Source: Azolla caroliniana
Taxonomy: Eukaryota; Plantae; Polypodiophyta
Direction of reading: 5' to 3'
Length of the DNA: 64,000 bases
NCBI GenBank assembly: GCA_043228905.1
Contig: JBHGNT010000115.1
Span: forward strand, 1-64,000
This document shows, piece by piece, positions 46,584 to 60,983 of the stretch. Position numbers and translations under genes: made by a program. The notes beneath the pieces are model-generated. The model saw only the letters and a list, made by a program, of their open reading frames with translations. It was not told the origin of the DNA and made no database searches. Numbering within the stretch: the first letter of the stretch is position 1; each line of letters starts with the position of its first letter.

Positions 46584-47586
46584 CAATAACCATTCGGTTA
46601 AGTGCGCACTTTGAACGCATGGGTAAAGTACGCACTTAACCGAGCTATGCATTTAGGGATTTTCTGAAATTTTTTGGGGTTTTTTTATTAGGGTTTCTTG
46701 AAGTTTCTTCCTTCTGTGCTCTAACCATATGTTTCATGATTAGAGAAGTGATCAATTAATGTGATATAATTGACCTGAAACATTTATGATTTCAACATTT
46801 GTTGGATATCATTTCTTTCTTGATTCCATATTACCTTCTATTTTTGCCATTCTGCTAGGCCTACCTAATGAACTTCCTTGGATGCGATGACATTTTTCCT
46901 TGTGTTCTCTTCCTATTGGCGGTAGGTTTGAGGAACCGTAGTACACATGGAGATGGAAGAGACAAGAAAAGAGAGGCGAAGCAATGGAGAAAGGTAGGTT
47001 GGAATAAAAAGAAAATAAACGAGATGCACAAAAAGAGAAAGAGAAGGAGGAGGGAGGGAGAGAAAGAAAGAAGGAGAAAATTAAGAATGAATGAATTGAA
47101 GAAGGCGACAGGGGGGGGGGGGGGGGGGGGGAGGGATTGAGAGAACGAAAGAAAATTAAGAAAGAAAGAAACGGAATTAAGAATGAATGAATCCGGAAAA
47201 GGCAAAAGGAAAATTGGGTTAAGTAGGAAAGTTTATTTTCTCCAATTGAGAATCAAAATCGCCGACTCGTAGACACACACACACAACACACAACACACAC
47301 ACACACACTACAACTGGAGAGACCGATTCTGAATTTTGGTTCTTTTTTCTCTCTATGCGTTTCCAGGAGACCCCACCCACCATCACGTAACAATTTCTTT
47401 TATTTTTATTTTTTCCTAGAAACTCCTTTCTTCTATTGTTTTGTGAACATAGTTTTAATTTCGTTTGATGAAATTTCATCATGAACAATGTAATTTTTTA
47501 AATCTGGTTTTTGACCTCTATAAAAAAAAGCGCACTTAATAGAATGACACACTTAAGTGGGCATGCACTTAACATAATGGTTACTA
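46584..47586. mobile_element. Non-autonomous TIR element (Tc1/mariner/pogo-like MITE, ~1 kb)
   Basis: Imperfect TIRs CAATAACCATTCGGTTAAGTGC / GCACTTAACATAATGGTTACTA flanked by TA on both sides; subterminal GCACTTAA repeats; purine-rich core with a long G run. Confidence 0.7.
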
Positions 47587-48795
47587 TATGTGTATTTAAA
47601 AACACTATCTTTAGCTAAATGACAATCAGATTTTTAGAGAAATGGAATTCATTGAGAAAACGATTTGCCTAGAATTCCACTATGTTATTATCTTGAAAAC
47701 AAAAAGTTTGGTCAATTTCTCTTGTTCGAGATATTTAAACTTGGACACTTTCAATCTTGAAATTACAATGTGTATAATGGCGAAACTAGAGAGAAAGCGT
47801 GACGGGTAATTACCTAGAGATCACAAGACCATGAGTTTGATGCACATTTAGGTTAGAATAAGTGATATATGTTGTAACAATTATGTGTGAAAATCAAGAT
47901 TTGAACCCAAGACATCATGTTTATAGCCTAGAGTGAGAGAGTATGCAAGGTTCCTTATGTAGGAAATAAAAGAGCAACCACGGCTGGTATGGCATTTATG
48001 AGATAGAAGTCATCTTTTGCGCGTGACTTATAATATAGTCTATCATTGCTTAGTGGAGTCACTCAAATGGGTTAAGCTAAATGACTATTAGATGACTCTA
48101 ATAATGGATTTTAAAGAATCTTACTCAATACTTTTGGCATTCTAATTTGCCAATTTTAACAAAGGTCTATATTCTCATAATGATAATCGGGGGGTCTACC
48201 TTTATTATCAACTCTAAAAAATGGGTGGAATGACAATCGCTAGATATTTGCACAGTTCAATTAGAAGATATTCATCACCACTTCATACAATGTCTAACTT
48301 ATCATCAAATTTAGGTTTACATTTCTTGAATGTGTGTTTTGTCATGTTGTTGTGTTACATCAAGCCAATTGATATTTGTAGAATTTATACAACATGATGT
48401 AAATTTAGAGACAAAATTCAAATTTCTCTTTTTGAGGTATCAGGAATTATGTGATATTCGGGATATGTACAATGATTTTATGTGTGTGGTGAAGGATTCA
48501 TGGAGGCATATCATCAAAAGTTCAAGGAGTATTGATTTGGCAATTATGCTTATTGGAACAAATGGAAATTCTCTCCTTCACTGGTTATTCTTCTTGCCTA
48601 TTGCACTTCTACATTTCCACTATCCATGTAGCAATGAAACTAAAATAATCATTATAACATTGTAGTGTTTCCCACATATACATACATACATACATACATA
48701 CATACACATACATATACATACATAGGCATGCATACAAACATATAAAAAGTAGAAGATAATAACATTGTTTTCAATTAATGTCAGACTTCTTTCAA

Positions 48796-48991
48796 AATAC
48801 AATTACATTTCTCAAAATTGGCAAGTTTTCTCATAGTATATTGAGAGGATATCATTTTGCTCCTTTTGACATATTGGGGCTTGCATCATAATTAATACAA
48901 TTACATTTCTCAAAATTGGTAAGTTTTCTCATTGTATATTGAGAGGAGATCATTTTGCTCCTTTTGCCATATTGGGGCTTGCATCATAATT
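48796..48991 (+). repeat. 98-bp near-perfect tandem duplication
   Basis: AATACAATTACATTTCTCAAAATTGG...GGGGCTTGCATCATAATT twice. Confidence 0.9.
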
Positions 48992-49084
48992 GGAACATGC
49001 ACAATGCATTTGCACTCGATGGTAGGCATGGAGTCAGAGCACACCTACAAAAGTTGAAGGGAGTATGTGTGTGGTTGATTTGTT

Positions 49085-49255
49085 TATAGGAGCAAGTCAA
49101 AATTATTTGCTTGATGGAGTGTTCATCTTGCATATTGGCTATTCAATATGTCCCACTACCCATGTAGTGATGACACCACTTAATCATGGTATGGTGTACC
49201 ATTGCAATGTTTTTTCACACAAATTTATTAATATAATTGTGTTTCACCCAAAAAA
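49085..49255 (+). repeat. Second copy of the dispersed repeat at 20770-20960, here ending in an A-rich tail
   Basis: Shared blocks listed for the first copy. Confidence 0.6.
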
Positions 49256-49796
49256 GAAGAGAGGGAGAGTTTTGGCATGAAGTGCAAAAGAAATCATGAA
49301 CTTGGAAGCATCTAGTATAATGGTCTCATAAACAACGAGATTGATGTGATTATGAATTGAAGGATAAGTGAGTTTATTCAAATATCTTGGAATTCTTTTG
49401 AATTCCATTAGGTGCATAACGTTTAAGAGCCGAATATAGTGTGGATGTACTGTGAAAGTGAAATTCTATCCATTGTGTTGTAGAAAATGTAAATAGCTTA
49501 TAATGAAGACACAATTGTTCTCTTTAGAAAACCAATAACTTTAAATTTTAATGTAGGAGGAACACACAATCACCTTCAAACAATCGAGGGAGACAAATGT
49601 TGAGAGAGAATGAGATTATTATACTTTCAAACACAATAAACATGTGGGTCAGGGTCACCCTGATATGCTTGAGTTATGGTAATTTTAATGTTCACTAGTT
49701 ATTTGGGTAGATATTTCTTGAAGAATTAGAACCAAAGCAAGTGTGAAACCATAAATTTGTGGAGTCAATTAGTTCAATAATCATATGGATTTTGTG

Positions 49797-50233
49797 TAAC
49801 AATCAGCAACGGTTTAGTTCGGTCAGGGAGGGTCCAAACTGAACCATTTAGAAATTTTGAAACCGGAACTGAACCGAACCATGAAACCGTTAAACCGAAC
49901 CATTAAAAAAATTCAAACCATTAAGCCATTAAACCAGTAAAAACGCAGTTTCGGTTTTCAGCTTAGGTCAAATTTTAATTTTAATATTTCATTATTTAAA
50001 ATTTAAAGATTTTCCTAAAATGTGAGAATAAGGCATGAAAATGAAAAGATTATTTCAAATTTTTATTTTTATTTTTTAAAATTTTAAAAAAATTAAAAAT
50101 TAAAAAACCATTAAACCGTTTAAACCGCGGTTTCTAACTGTTGAAACCAAACCAAACTGTTTTACCCATTAAGCTGTTAAGCCACGGTTTCATGGTTCGG
50201 TTCGGTTTAAACCGAACTGTTGCCCGATTGTTA
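49797..50233. mobile_element. hAT-like MITE (437 bp)
   Basis: TIRs TAACAATC-AGCAACGGTTTAGTT / AACCGAACTGTTGCCCGATTGTTA; 8-bp TSD ATTTTGTG / GTTTTGTG (7 of 8 match); many subterminal AACCG/AACCA motifs. Confidence 0.85.
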
Positions 50234-52378
50234 GTTTTGTGGACTAGTAGATGTCGAAGGATATTTCAACAAATGCAATGGAATGTTGATGATGTAGGCA
50301 AGGAGATTTGGGTGACCTTGGTGCATACAATAAAAGGATAATATGATGCTGTCAAAGGTGATTCAGATGTAGTCTTTTGAAAGCAAAAGGTTTTTAAGAA
50401 GAGATGGGAAAGGATGAAGGTATTCTGCATGGTTAATGGTGGTATACATTGGAGGTATCAGCTACCACTTTGGGTATTTCCTCCACCAACATGAGAAGGA
50501 TAAAATTTTGTATGTATTTCTAACTTGAGATTTTCAGGAGTGGAAAAAACAGGTTGTTGTAAAATGCATATGTTCTAATGGAAAACACTGTCATGATCTT
50601 GCTATAACATCCCTCCTTCTTGATGGTGATTTAAGATCAGATCAGTTGACATGGTAGAATTCATGCATTTAACATCTAAATACATGATTACTTTTGTTGG
50701 ATAATAAGGGCAAGATTGAAATTGAATCAGAGATGATAGTTATCCTACACATGTATCTAAAATAAGGGCAAGATTGAATCTAAATCATAGATGATAGCTC
50801 TCTTCCATAGGATTACTTTTGTTGGATAATAAGGGCAAGATTGAAACTAAATAAGAGATGATAGTTCTCCTACACTGATTTACTGGATATGATATGTTGA
50901 GCATGGAAATGGAGATGAAGCTCTCAAGCTTAATGAGAGAATGCAACTTGAGGGTGTGTGAAATGTAATTATCTTTACCTAGAAAGATTAGACTATTGGA
51001 CAATTTTTGTATATTGCCTTTGGCCACTGTAATTTCAATACCAATGGAGAATAAATTTTCAATTTTTTTTAATTTTTAATTTTTAGAACCCCTTGGCCAA
51101 AAGAGGCAATACATGATGATTGCCCCAAGAAATAGCCAAAGTGTATATGGATTAGATTATCCAAAGTGACATGATTAAATATAATAGAAATAGCCCATTA
51201 TGTCCAAAAAAAAAAAGCTCAACAAAGATCATGGGTTGTCAATTGGATGACCACAATCTCGATATTATCACACATTTAAGGAGGCAATTAGTCCATATAG
51301 AGATATATGGCTTCAACTTGAGTATTTTCAATTCAAGGCGGAGAGTCATATATTTGGCCTTTTCGTGTTTGTGTATCTTCAATCACTTTGATTAAGGTTG
51401 GCAAAGAATTACAAGTTTAAATATCAAAGGGCTGAATAGGAAACATGATAACTCAACATTCGTAACAATTAGAAATTTCTACAAAACCTTTCAACATCCA
51501 CATTTATGTTTATGTAAAATTTAACCTATTTTTATCCACATCATGATTGATAGAAATTAGGCACTCTTCCAATGAAAACTTGACAATTCAACATTTAAAG
51601 GATTTGAAATACAATGGATAACGATAAGTCAACAATACTAGAAATTCAAAAGATGTGATCTTTATCCCCTCATAGAAGTACTTAGTCAATCTATTTTGCA
51701 AGTTTGTGAACTTGGCATATATACATAATGAAAAACAAAGTGCTTCGAGTTTATGGAAGGAATTGCATTTTCACATGTTCGTCTAGAATCTTGTTCTCAA
51801 GGAATATCTAATATTGCCACAAGTTAACTCCTTGTTCCCATGGGTTATAACAAAGTGATTCAGAAGATGAGAAACATGTTTGTTAATATTGCTAACACCC
51901 CAATTCTCGCTACCTTTGATAAAAAAATTCCATGACCAAAGGTTCTCTAGAGGCACATGTAGTTTTGTATCAAGAGTTATAAGCATTTCAATGAAGTTAA
52001 AAAAAACTCCAAACAAGAGGCTAGAATGATGATCTTGATATATATTGGAGCGCCTAGGAAGTATTGAAAATGGGCACATTGCAATGTAAGGAAAAGAAAG
52101 AAAAACTTGATCTTCGGATGGATGGGACCTGTGATGTTTATGCATTGTTGGAGAATCAGTGAGAGGGGTAAGGAGCCAAGGTAAGGTTCAAAAGAACCAT
52201 GAATCAACTAACCAAGGCAAGGTTGAAATAACCATGGTTAGAATGACCAAGGTGAGGTAAAAGTAACCAAGGTATGGTTAAGTTTAACCCGGGGCGAGAG
52301 AGAGAGAGAGAGAGAGAGACTATGTGAGAGGAGAGAAGCGAGCGCGTGGAGCAACCATGGCTTTGTGAAAGATCATCC

Positions 52379-53698
52379 ATGGCTCTGGACTCTGTGTTTT
52401 CTTCCTTCCAATTCACCCCCTTATTACCTTCTCTGCGAGAATCCTTACCTCGTAGACTCTCTCTCGCTTCAGCTTCCGATCATCATCATAGTAAGTCTTG
52501 TATAACAGAAGCACCCCTTTTGTGTGGAAATGATCTACCAAAAGGGGGAATCGATCCATTTCCTTGGACCCAATTAGCAACTCGACTTCATCAACATGAT
52601 GAATCTTCAAATGGGTTGTTTGAATTTGGTTCAACCCAACCTCAATGGACTCCGTTACTGTGTCTCTCTAGTGAGGATGTGGAAAGTCATCAATTTGAGA
52701 GCTTCAATGGATTCAGTGTTCATGCTGCCGAAATTGAGTCTAGAAAGAAGCAAGAAGATACAGAAAAGAGTGATTTTCATATCAATGTTGGATATGCCAT
52801 TCGGACCTTGAGGGATGAAATGCCAAGTTTGTTCTATAAGGATATCACTTATGATATCTACAGGTATTTCTAGGTGCTTGCGTCCTTTTTTATCTTAGGG
52901 AAACGCTAATAATGACCGATGAATTGAAATCAATTGAAAAGTTTTTATCTCGTTTGTTCTGTTTATGCATATATGCATGTGTATCTATCTAGGCACATAC
53001 CCATCCATGTGTAAATATCTATGTATTTATGTATGTGTATGGATGTATCTGTATGTGTTAGTGTGCATGTATGTATCTTTGAAGTTTGCATGGATATGTA
53101 TATGTAGGTAGATAATACATACAAATAACTGCAGATAGAGGAGTATATGCGTTTATGTGTATGTGTATATATATGCATCTTTGCATGGACATGCATATCT
53201 AGGCAAACATGCATACAAAGGAGCATGTATGTGCACTGCGTATAGTTGTAACTTTACACACAAATTAATGTCTTTTTCATTTCTTGCAGGGAAGATATCG
53301 TCCTTCATGTTCCTATGAATATTGTCACTGGAATCAATAATTACAAATTGATCTTCAGGGCTCTCCGTATTTATGGGAGGATGTTTTTCAAAGCATTGTG
53401 GTTAGATATCATTAGAATTTCACAACCATCAAACAATGTGATTATCGTACGTTGGCAAGTACGTGGAATTCCAAGGGTACCATGGGAATCACAAGGAATA
53501 TTTGATGGAACTTCTGAATACAAGTTAGATAAGGAGGGGAAAATATATGAACACAAGGTCGATAACATGGCACTAAATGCAAGACCCAAACTGAAGATTC
53601 CAACTGTTGCAGAACTCCTGAATGTGGAGATATCTCCATCTGCACCAAGACCGACATTTTTCTTTGGGAGGGCACAAGAAATGATGAATGTAGAGTGA
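52379..53698 (+). CDS. DUF2358 / NTF2(SnoaL)-like protein, probably plastid-targeted, 297 aa; exons 52379-52863 and 53290-53698
   Basis: FHINVGYAIRTLRDEMP..F..DITYDIYREDI, VRWQVRGIPRVPWESQGIFDGTSEYKLDKEGKIYEHKVDN; phase-2 GT-AG intron restores the frame; Ser-rich N-terminus. Confidence 0.9.
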
Positions 53699-54357
53699 TT
53701 TTGCACAGAAAAATGGGGTGGTCAAACAAATATGAGGTCTGTATTTTACATCCTCAAAGCTGGATTATCTCAATTTTGAGAAACTTGTATCTATTTGTAT
53801 TTATAGTAATATGGTAATCTGAATGTGATCTTTGCTTCTTTTTTGGGAAGCCAATCAGTGTCTTCCTATATTTAGAGAGAAAATGAGCTGAGAATCAATT
53901 GGTTTCATTTAGCCATTTTGATATTTTCTGATTCAGAAACCTTATAGAATCATGTGGGCGATTAAGTGACAATCGTATGAACAAATATTAAACAGGAAAA
54001 GGGTGCTAAACATTACACAGGACAACTATTTAGGACACCAAGAAATGTGAATAAAGGGAACAAGTGATTTATAATATTCCATATTGTTAAAAATGTGTTC
54101 AGTACGTAGGCAACCTACAATACAATCAATATTTCAATACTTTTACAAGACGCATCAAATCTAACTAAATAAGAGGCAGCTACTTGCTGCCCTTCCACCA
54201 AGTTAATCTCATCTCTAAAGCCATAAAATCCCAGAATCAGAAATGGATGCACAATGGCTCATCTTCAAGGCAACCAGCTGAGCATATCAGAAAACAGATA
54301 CATTGTGGAAGAAGAAGACTTTGTGGCTTCTTTCCTTGACATAATTTGTGGTCGGAC

Positions 54358-57300
54358 CTAGCAAAGCCCATCCGAGTCCATAGTGGCACCCATAGGTGAA
54401 ACAAACCCTACAGGTTCTCTATCTGCAAAATAAAGGGCACACAACTGAGTAGCGAACATGGCCTACCACATGAAACCATATTAATGTAGCACATGTCGGT
54501 ATGAGCATACACATAATTACTTCATGCGGGGTTAATTAAAGCATTTTATGGCCTGTTCTAGCTCTACTCTAACCCCTAATAACAGTTATGTCAAGGCTCC
54601 TAACAGTGTAGTACAAAGCAGGATGCATACCATCATTGTTAACAGTGTTATTGTATGGTGTATTATTGAGCTTGGCCAGTTGGGTCTTAATCCCAACTGA
54701 GGAAATTCTGCTTGTGTTGGAAGAAAGAGCCTTCAAAGCAGCTCTCTTGCTTGACTAAAACATGAAATAAAATCGAGTTCAACAAATCGCTTAAACTTAA
54801 CCTCTACACTGAAAAGTTTTATTGTAAGAGAACTTACTAATGGAATAGCTTTGGGATCCATTGTGCATTCTGTGGTGGGCTTTTCTGCAGAAATAACTGT
54901 GTTTGTTTTCACTTTCTTAACTAGTGTTTCATTGGTTGAAGACATTCGAGAAGACATGGAATTATTTCTGAACATCTCTCTGAGCTTCCTCAGGCTCAAC
55001 AAGGTCAAGTCAATCTGTAGCATTGATTCTTCCTTGGAGATCTCTAATATGGGTTGCTTGATAAGGGTTGAATTCTTTTCCAGAACAGACTGTTGTAAGG
55101 TTTTTATTTCTACTTCATCATCCACATTCTCTCTTTTCATAGTGTGCAGATCCTCATAAAGAAGTGCTCCCTCAAAGTGATCAAATAGATTCTGTGTGGT
55201 GTCCAGATCCTCCTCTCTCTCTTTTATTGGCCATGTCTTTAAGTTGCAGTTTTTTTTCTCTTCTTCCTCTTTTTCAATGTTATTTTGTTGTTGTCGCACC
55301 AAACTCTCGCTGAAACAACTGTCCAAGTTTCTCCCAGTTTTCTCTAGTTTCTCAGAAGAGTTCATGATATCCTCAATTTCAATCGTATGGTCACCAAAGT
55401 CCACCTCCTGTTCTTTAACTTGATAAGCTGAGTCCATGAGCCCCAAGTTCAGAGCCAAATCAGCTTCGTATTTTGCTGCTAGGTTTTCCCTTTTTGTAAC
55501 TATAGAAACCTCCAGGCGATCAATGATCTTTGCTCCAGATTCAAAACTATTTTGATCAGCGGTGCAATTGCCCAAAATATGTGGCTGCTCAGCATGTGAT
55601 ATTTCTTCTATACAGTTATCTGAAACCAAATGTGGTTCCGTTATTTGCTCCAAACAGTTCACATCTACGAAGGTTAGTACGGATTCCAGGCTAGCTTGAG
55701 AAATTTGTGGCATTTGTTGAAATTCCAATATGGGTTCTGTGTTAGCTTCAGAATTCAATATTACCTCAACCTTCATAGAGGGCTGTTCTTCCTCAGAACA
55801 GTGATTGACAAACATTGTAACTGATTGGTTTTGTTCCTTTTCTTCCACATCTATGTTCTCTCTCAGGCTTTCTAGATCAAGTTTATCCACACTGAGAATA
55901 TTACTGGGACGCACAGAGAATTTCTTAGATTTTTCCTCCAAACTATTGATCTCATTGGAAATGCTATAACATGATGAAACAAACTGTGGAAAACTCTCTG
56001 TTTCACACTCTGCCTCTACATTGTCATTATGGCTTCTCTTCAAATCAAGACTTTCACAATTTTCTCCATTAAACACATGATGTTCTGTCTCTGTCAATCC
56101 AATTTGATGAGTATTAGCTGCATCATTATTTGGGTTGATCTCCACACTATTCCTCTTTGTGTCTTCATTTTGAAAGAGCTTGTCTCGTCCAGCAGAATTA
56201 TTGTCCTCACTTTCTTTACTTCGCATCATGCCATTTTCTTTATCTCCACTGATTTCCTGAGTTTGATTAATGCCCTCTTCATTTTTATAACCGTCTTCTT
56301 TATTTTTGTGATTTATTTCTTCCTCGTTAGTTTGTGCACACTCACTTTCTTGCCCTGGAGATTCTGCTGCACTGTCAAACAAATCTTCTGCAAGTTCATC
56401 TATATTTATGTATTTGTTTAAGCTACCTTGAGTTAATGCAGATGGGATACTTAGTTCATTAATTGCCATATCTTCTGCACTTTCAGTATAAGGCAGACCA
56501 TCGTGAAATTCTACTTCATTTTCAAAGAAATGTTCTGCTTTGGGAAAGAAATATCCTTTATGGCCAGTTTGTTCACTTATTTCAGAAGTATAGGGTTCTC
56601 CATCTTCAAAGGAATAGGAATCATGTTCATCATTTTCATTAATGTCCACATTGTTTTCATCTGAGGAACCATCTTCGCAGCTGAATTCATCTGCAAAATC
56701 AAAAGAGTTTTTTTGCACATCAGTTCCTGAATCATGTGACTGATGGGCCAATTCCTGATCAATTCCATCATTATGTAACTTTGAATCATATGATCGAACA
56801 TATTTTGTGGGTTCTTCAGACCCAACCGTAATAGGGGGTTTGACTAGATCATCTGAAGCATAGATATCATCAGCATTCTCTATCTGCTTGACCCTATGCC
56901 GATTGTTTCCATTGGGTATGGAGCAAAATTCTTCACTGTAGTCTGTATCACCATTGCCTATCAAATTGTCTGCTTCAACCATATCTTGGATGGCATCTCC
57001 TTTTTCAGAAAATGATGGTGTATTTTTAATTTCCATTATACTGTGTTTCAGGTTTGGTTGTATCATTTGAACACACACATCAATGGAATGCTCAAACTCA
57101 TCACATTGCCCTGCAGTTTCTGATAATATACTCTGAGCATTTTCATCAGCATCAAATACCTGATAGTGTATTCCACTCAAAACATCATTCATATCAACAT
57201 TTTTATTCCTGTCATGGCCTTGAATTGTGTAAGACATGTCGACACATCCAAAAAGACCATCATTAGAAGAAGAGAGCCCTGATTCCGTTTTGTTGCAAGA

Positions 57301-60244
57301 ATCAGCAGAAAATATTGCTACATTATGTACATAATTACATATTATAGAAGATGGAGATATGCTGACATCATGTGAATGCAAAGCACTGCCATCTGGATTC
57401 AGATTCTCGGCTTCTTTGGCATCTCTGATTGCTACATGGATGTGAAAGCAAGAGTCATTTCTAACTTCAAAGAACAGAAAAAATATTTTATGACAGCATA
57501 TATTTGCATTGAGCATGACTGAATGAAGGGGAAATTTTAAATTGAACTAAAGTTACAAAACTTATTATTAAAGAACCAAAGTTGAAAATAGCATATTAAG
57601 AATACCTTCTATGAACAAAATGTCAGCATTCATTTTATCTTCAGCTGTAAACTGCTCCTCAGTGTCACAAGATAACTTAAATGTGCTCTCAGATTTATCC
57701 AAGGTAGATGCATCACATGTAGATTCATATTTTAACTCTTCGCTACTTTCCCCCTGTAGGACATTTTTTTCTATTTTCACACTGGCTTCCGATTCACTTA
57801 CTTGGCACTTCTCCCTAAATTCCTGTGTTGATACTCTTGCATTTGATTCTTTGATTGAAGAATCATGCACATTGTATTCAATCTCTGTAGCATCCTGGTT
57901 CTCTAATAAACCTGTTATCTGGATACTGTTTTTATACTTCCCAATTTTTCCAGTAGTTCTGCCATCAATTGTTTCCAGTCTTGTTAAAATTCCCTCATTA
58001 TCTACACATCCATTTTCATTCATTTCCTGATTCTTAGCTTCATTTATGTACCTTATAGATTTTTCTCGAGTTTCCTTCTGCATCTGATCATTTACTTTAT
58101 TACAGATAGGCGATGAGTTAATCGCATTTCTAGTTCTTTTTGATAATGTTCCCTTCTTACTAGCTTTCTCAACTTGCATTTTTCCAGTGTGAGAAAGCTT
58201 CAAATCATTGAGTTTGCCCCTACTTTGTCGCACTGAATCTATTTTTGGGGAAAATATTAGAGAGACATCTTCATGGTTCTTTTGCAATTCAAGTTCTAAT
58301 TTCTCATTACTCATTCTTTTCAAATGTGCACCCATTTGTTCATCCAGTATTAGAGTTTGGTTCCTGGTTTTCTTGTCCGTTGCATTCTGCTTTTCTACAC
58401 TAGTTTCCTCTTGATTTGGGTTTTCACAAGGTTTCAAGACATGGGGAAAACCCTTTCTAGTTCTTTTTCTTGATTCGGTTACAGAAGAACTATTTTCCTG
58501 ATGTTCTTGTGCCATTTTACTGTGATCAATTTCTTTAAAGTCAATACTTTTTTTCTCAGTTGTGATCAATCTCGAGCTTCTGCCTCGCCTCATTTGTGGA
58601 ATAAACTCATACAACCCATCTTCGACAATCGTATCTGCATTTCCTCTTCCATTGGGTTCCGAATCATTCTTACTTCCTTGACCTTCTGAAATATATGGCA
58701 TAGTTTGAGATATATTTCTATCTCTATTTCGGAGATTTCTCGAGATATTTTTTATCACCGGTTCTTCTGATATGCCCTCTGATTCAATATTCCCTTTGCC
58801 CATCCCACCATGGTCCCTTCTTACTCTCCTAGTAGGCATAACCCTCTGAACTGCAGAAACCTCATCAGAAGTTTGAGTTGCTGAGGCTATGGAGATTCTC
58901 TTGATGCAATTTGATGTGACCTCTTTATGAATGCTCCTCCTAGTATTCCTCTTCACTGGAGAAGGAGATTTTTCTTCCACTGAGAAATCTATCTCCGTGA
59001 TCTCCACAGTATCAGAAAATGTGACCACACCTTTCTTCTTTCTAACCCCGTCATTGTTTCCGTCAACCTTCAGACATGTCTTCAATACTATTTTTGGACC
59101 AGTAAATCCACTCTTCATCGGTTTTATTTCACATTTGCTTGACTTTACTTCTTCTTCTTCTTCTTTCTGTGTTACTTTATCATTTGATAAAGGACGTTCT
59201 GCAGTTCTTATACTTGCTCTTCTTCTTCTCAATGTAATTTGTTCTTCTCTACCATTTTGTCCTGCCAAAGATTGATTTAAAGCCACTTTAGAATCAACAG
59301 GAGAACTTGAATCATCATTAGAATCGATCAAAGAACCTGAATCAAGTTTGGAATCAATAGTGATTGAAGAATCATCGCCCAATTGTGGGCTTGCATCACT
59401 TGCAGAATCTTCTTCCACTAGGCTATGACCTTTGGCCTCATTATTTCTAACTGATTTTCTAGTCCTGCAAGATTGAGCATTATGAATCGTTGAAAAGTCT
59501 CTATCAAAATCACTTATTTGTGCTGATTTTTCCTTCCTAGATGCCCTGGTAAGTCTTTCCATCTTTCCCACGTTTTCTGAATTTACCTCTGAGATCTCTC
59601 CCAGTATGCTTTCAGAATCATTTACATGTGAATGACGATCTTGAAGAATTTGTTCTACTACCTGTGGATTTTTCTGCCAAAAGAAGCAACAGGAAATTGT
59701 AGATAAAAATTAGGAAACTTTAGTTACCAACATATGCATAACCATGCATTTAATTCGCAATTAGCATTCCTGCCACACATTACCAGTGTAATTCTGTACT
59801 AATTAGAGCTCGAATGTTATGTTAAATGCTAATGACACACTTATATGCAATTGAGAAGTCCTAATTACAATATATCCAGCCTTGATTGGAGCTTGAATTG
59901 CATATAAATCCGTAGCTATGAAAATAACTAGGTGTGATTTCAGTAGTAAATGCATATATCATAATTAATCATCACCAATATCATGATAATTATACGATAA
60001 ATCAGTATTAGAATTCCAATAAAAACGCACTCAATTTAATAATTATATACTTGTTGGTTAGTTGATTTGTGATTAAACCTTATTCAATCAATCCTAAATG
60101 AAAATGCATGAAAAAAACACAAATACTAACCTTAAGAAGATCAGAAAGAGAATTGGCCATTTCTACATTCGTAGAGTTTGCGGGAATTCCCTGCTTTTTG
60201 CAGAGAGTTTGAAGCTCTCGCCTCCGTAAAGAATGAAAATCCAT
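54358..60244 (-). CDS. Large (~1654 aa) mostly disordered protein with an N-terminal SAP-like motif; exons 60244-60131, 59673-57606, 57431-54838, 54754-54631, 54422-54358
   Basis: Exon 1 MDFHSLRRRELQTLCKKQGIPANSTNVEMANSLSDLLK matches a conserved plant N-terminal motif; two long ORFs join through GT-AG introns in consistent phase; C-terminal LSLRKLREMF and KRAALKALSSN. The last two exons are less certain. Confidence 0.82.
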
Positions 60245-60934
60245 GTGAATTAACCGTTATATATGTATTTTTTCTGTAACCAAATATGACAGATATGCTA
60301 ATAATATCTTCGTGAAGGTTTCAAGGCCATGTACAATTAAAAGTAGAGTTGAAGGATTCTTGAATTATGGTTAAGTGTGTCCTTGAATTAGGATTCAGAA
60401 TCCTTGAAATAAGGAACTCTAGAAAATCCCTGAGTTAGGATTCAGAATCTCTTGAATCAGAGTTAAGAATCCTTGAATCGGGGTCCAGAAGAACTGGAGC
60501 TAGTGTCAAGGATCCTTCAACTAGGGCTAAGTTACTTTTGTGTTAGGGTTTCTGCTCCTCAGAATTCTGGAACATTAGAAGGGGTTCAGAATTCTCGAGC
60601 ATTAGGGTTTAGGAACTCATGCGATCCAGGTCTTAGCAGCTATGCATCCGTACGAAACGGAACTCGTGGGAAAACTGACAGGAATTACAGCTATGGATGA
60701 TGGTGATCAGAAAAGGAGGGTGGTGTTGCGATCTAGAGCGGAGGAAGAGGAGAGACTCAGTGTTGGATCAATGTAACTGCTGGGATCGCGACGAGAAAAA
60801 GCCATGGTATGTAATGCCATGGCATGGACACCCCCACACAATTCTCTCTGTCTCTCTGCCTGGATCTGGATCTGCATCTGCATCTGTGTCTGTGTCTGTG
60901 TCTGTGTCTGTGTGGTGATAGAGAAGGCTTTTTG

Positions 60935-60983
60935 CCGTTCGTTATCCCATTTCGAAACAAATTCAAACTTGGCTTTTGGCGCC
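60935..60983. promoter_or_regulatory. Cluster of cell-cycle-type motifs (MSA core CCGTT, CHR-like TTCAAA, E2F TTTTGGCGCC) upstream of the SAP-like gene
   Basis: CCGTT 60935-60939, TTCAAA 60962-60967 and TTTTGGCGCC 60974-60983, next to a simple-repeat tract; motif match only. Confidence 0.45.

Noticed and set aside
46861-47205. Low-complexity ORFs on both strands
   Set aside because: They derive from the purine-rich core of the MITE.
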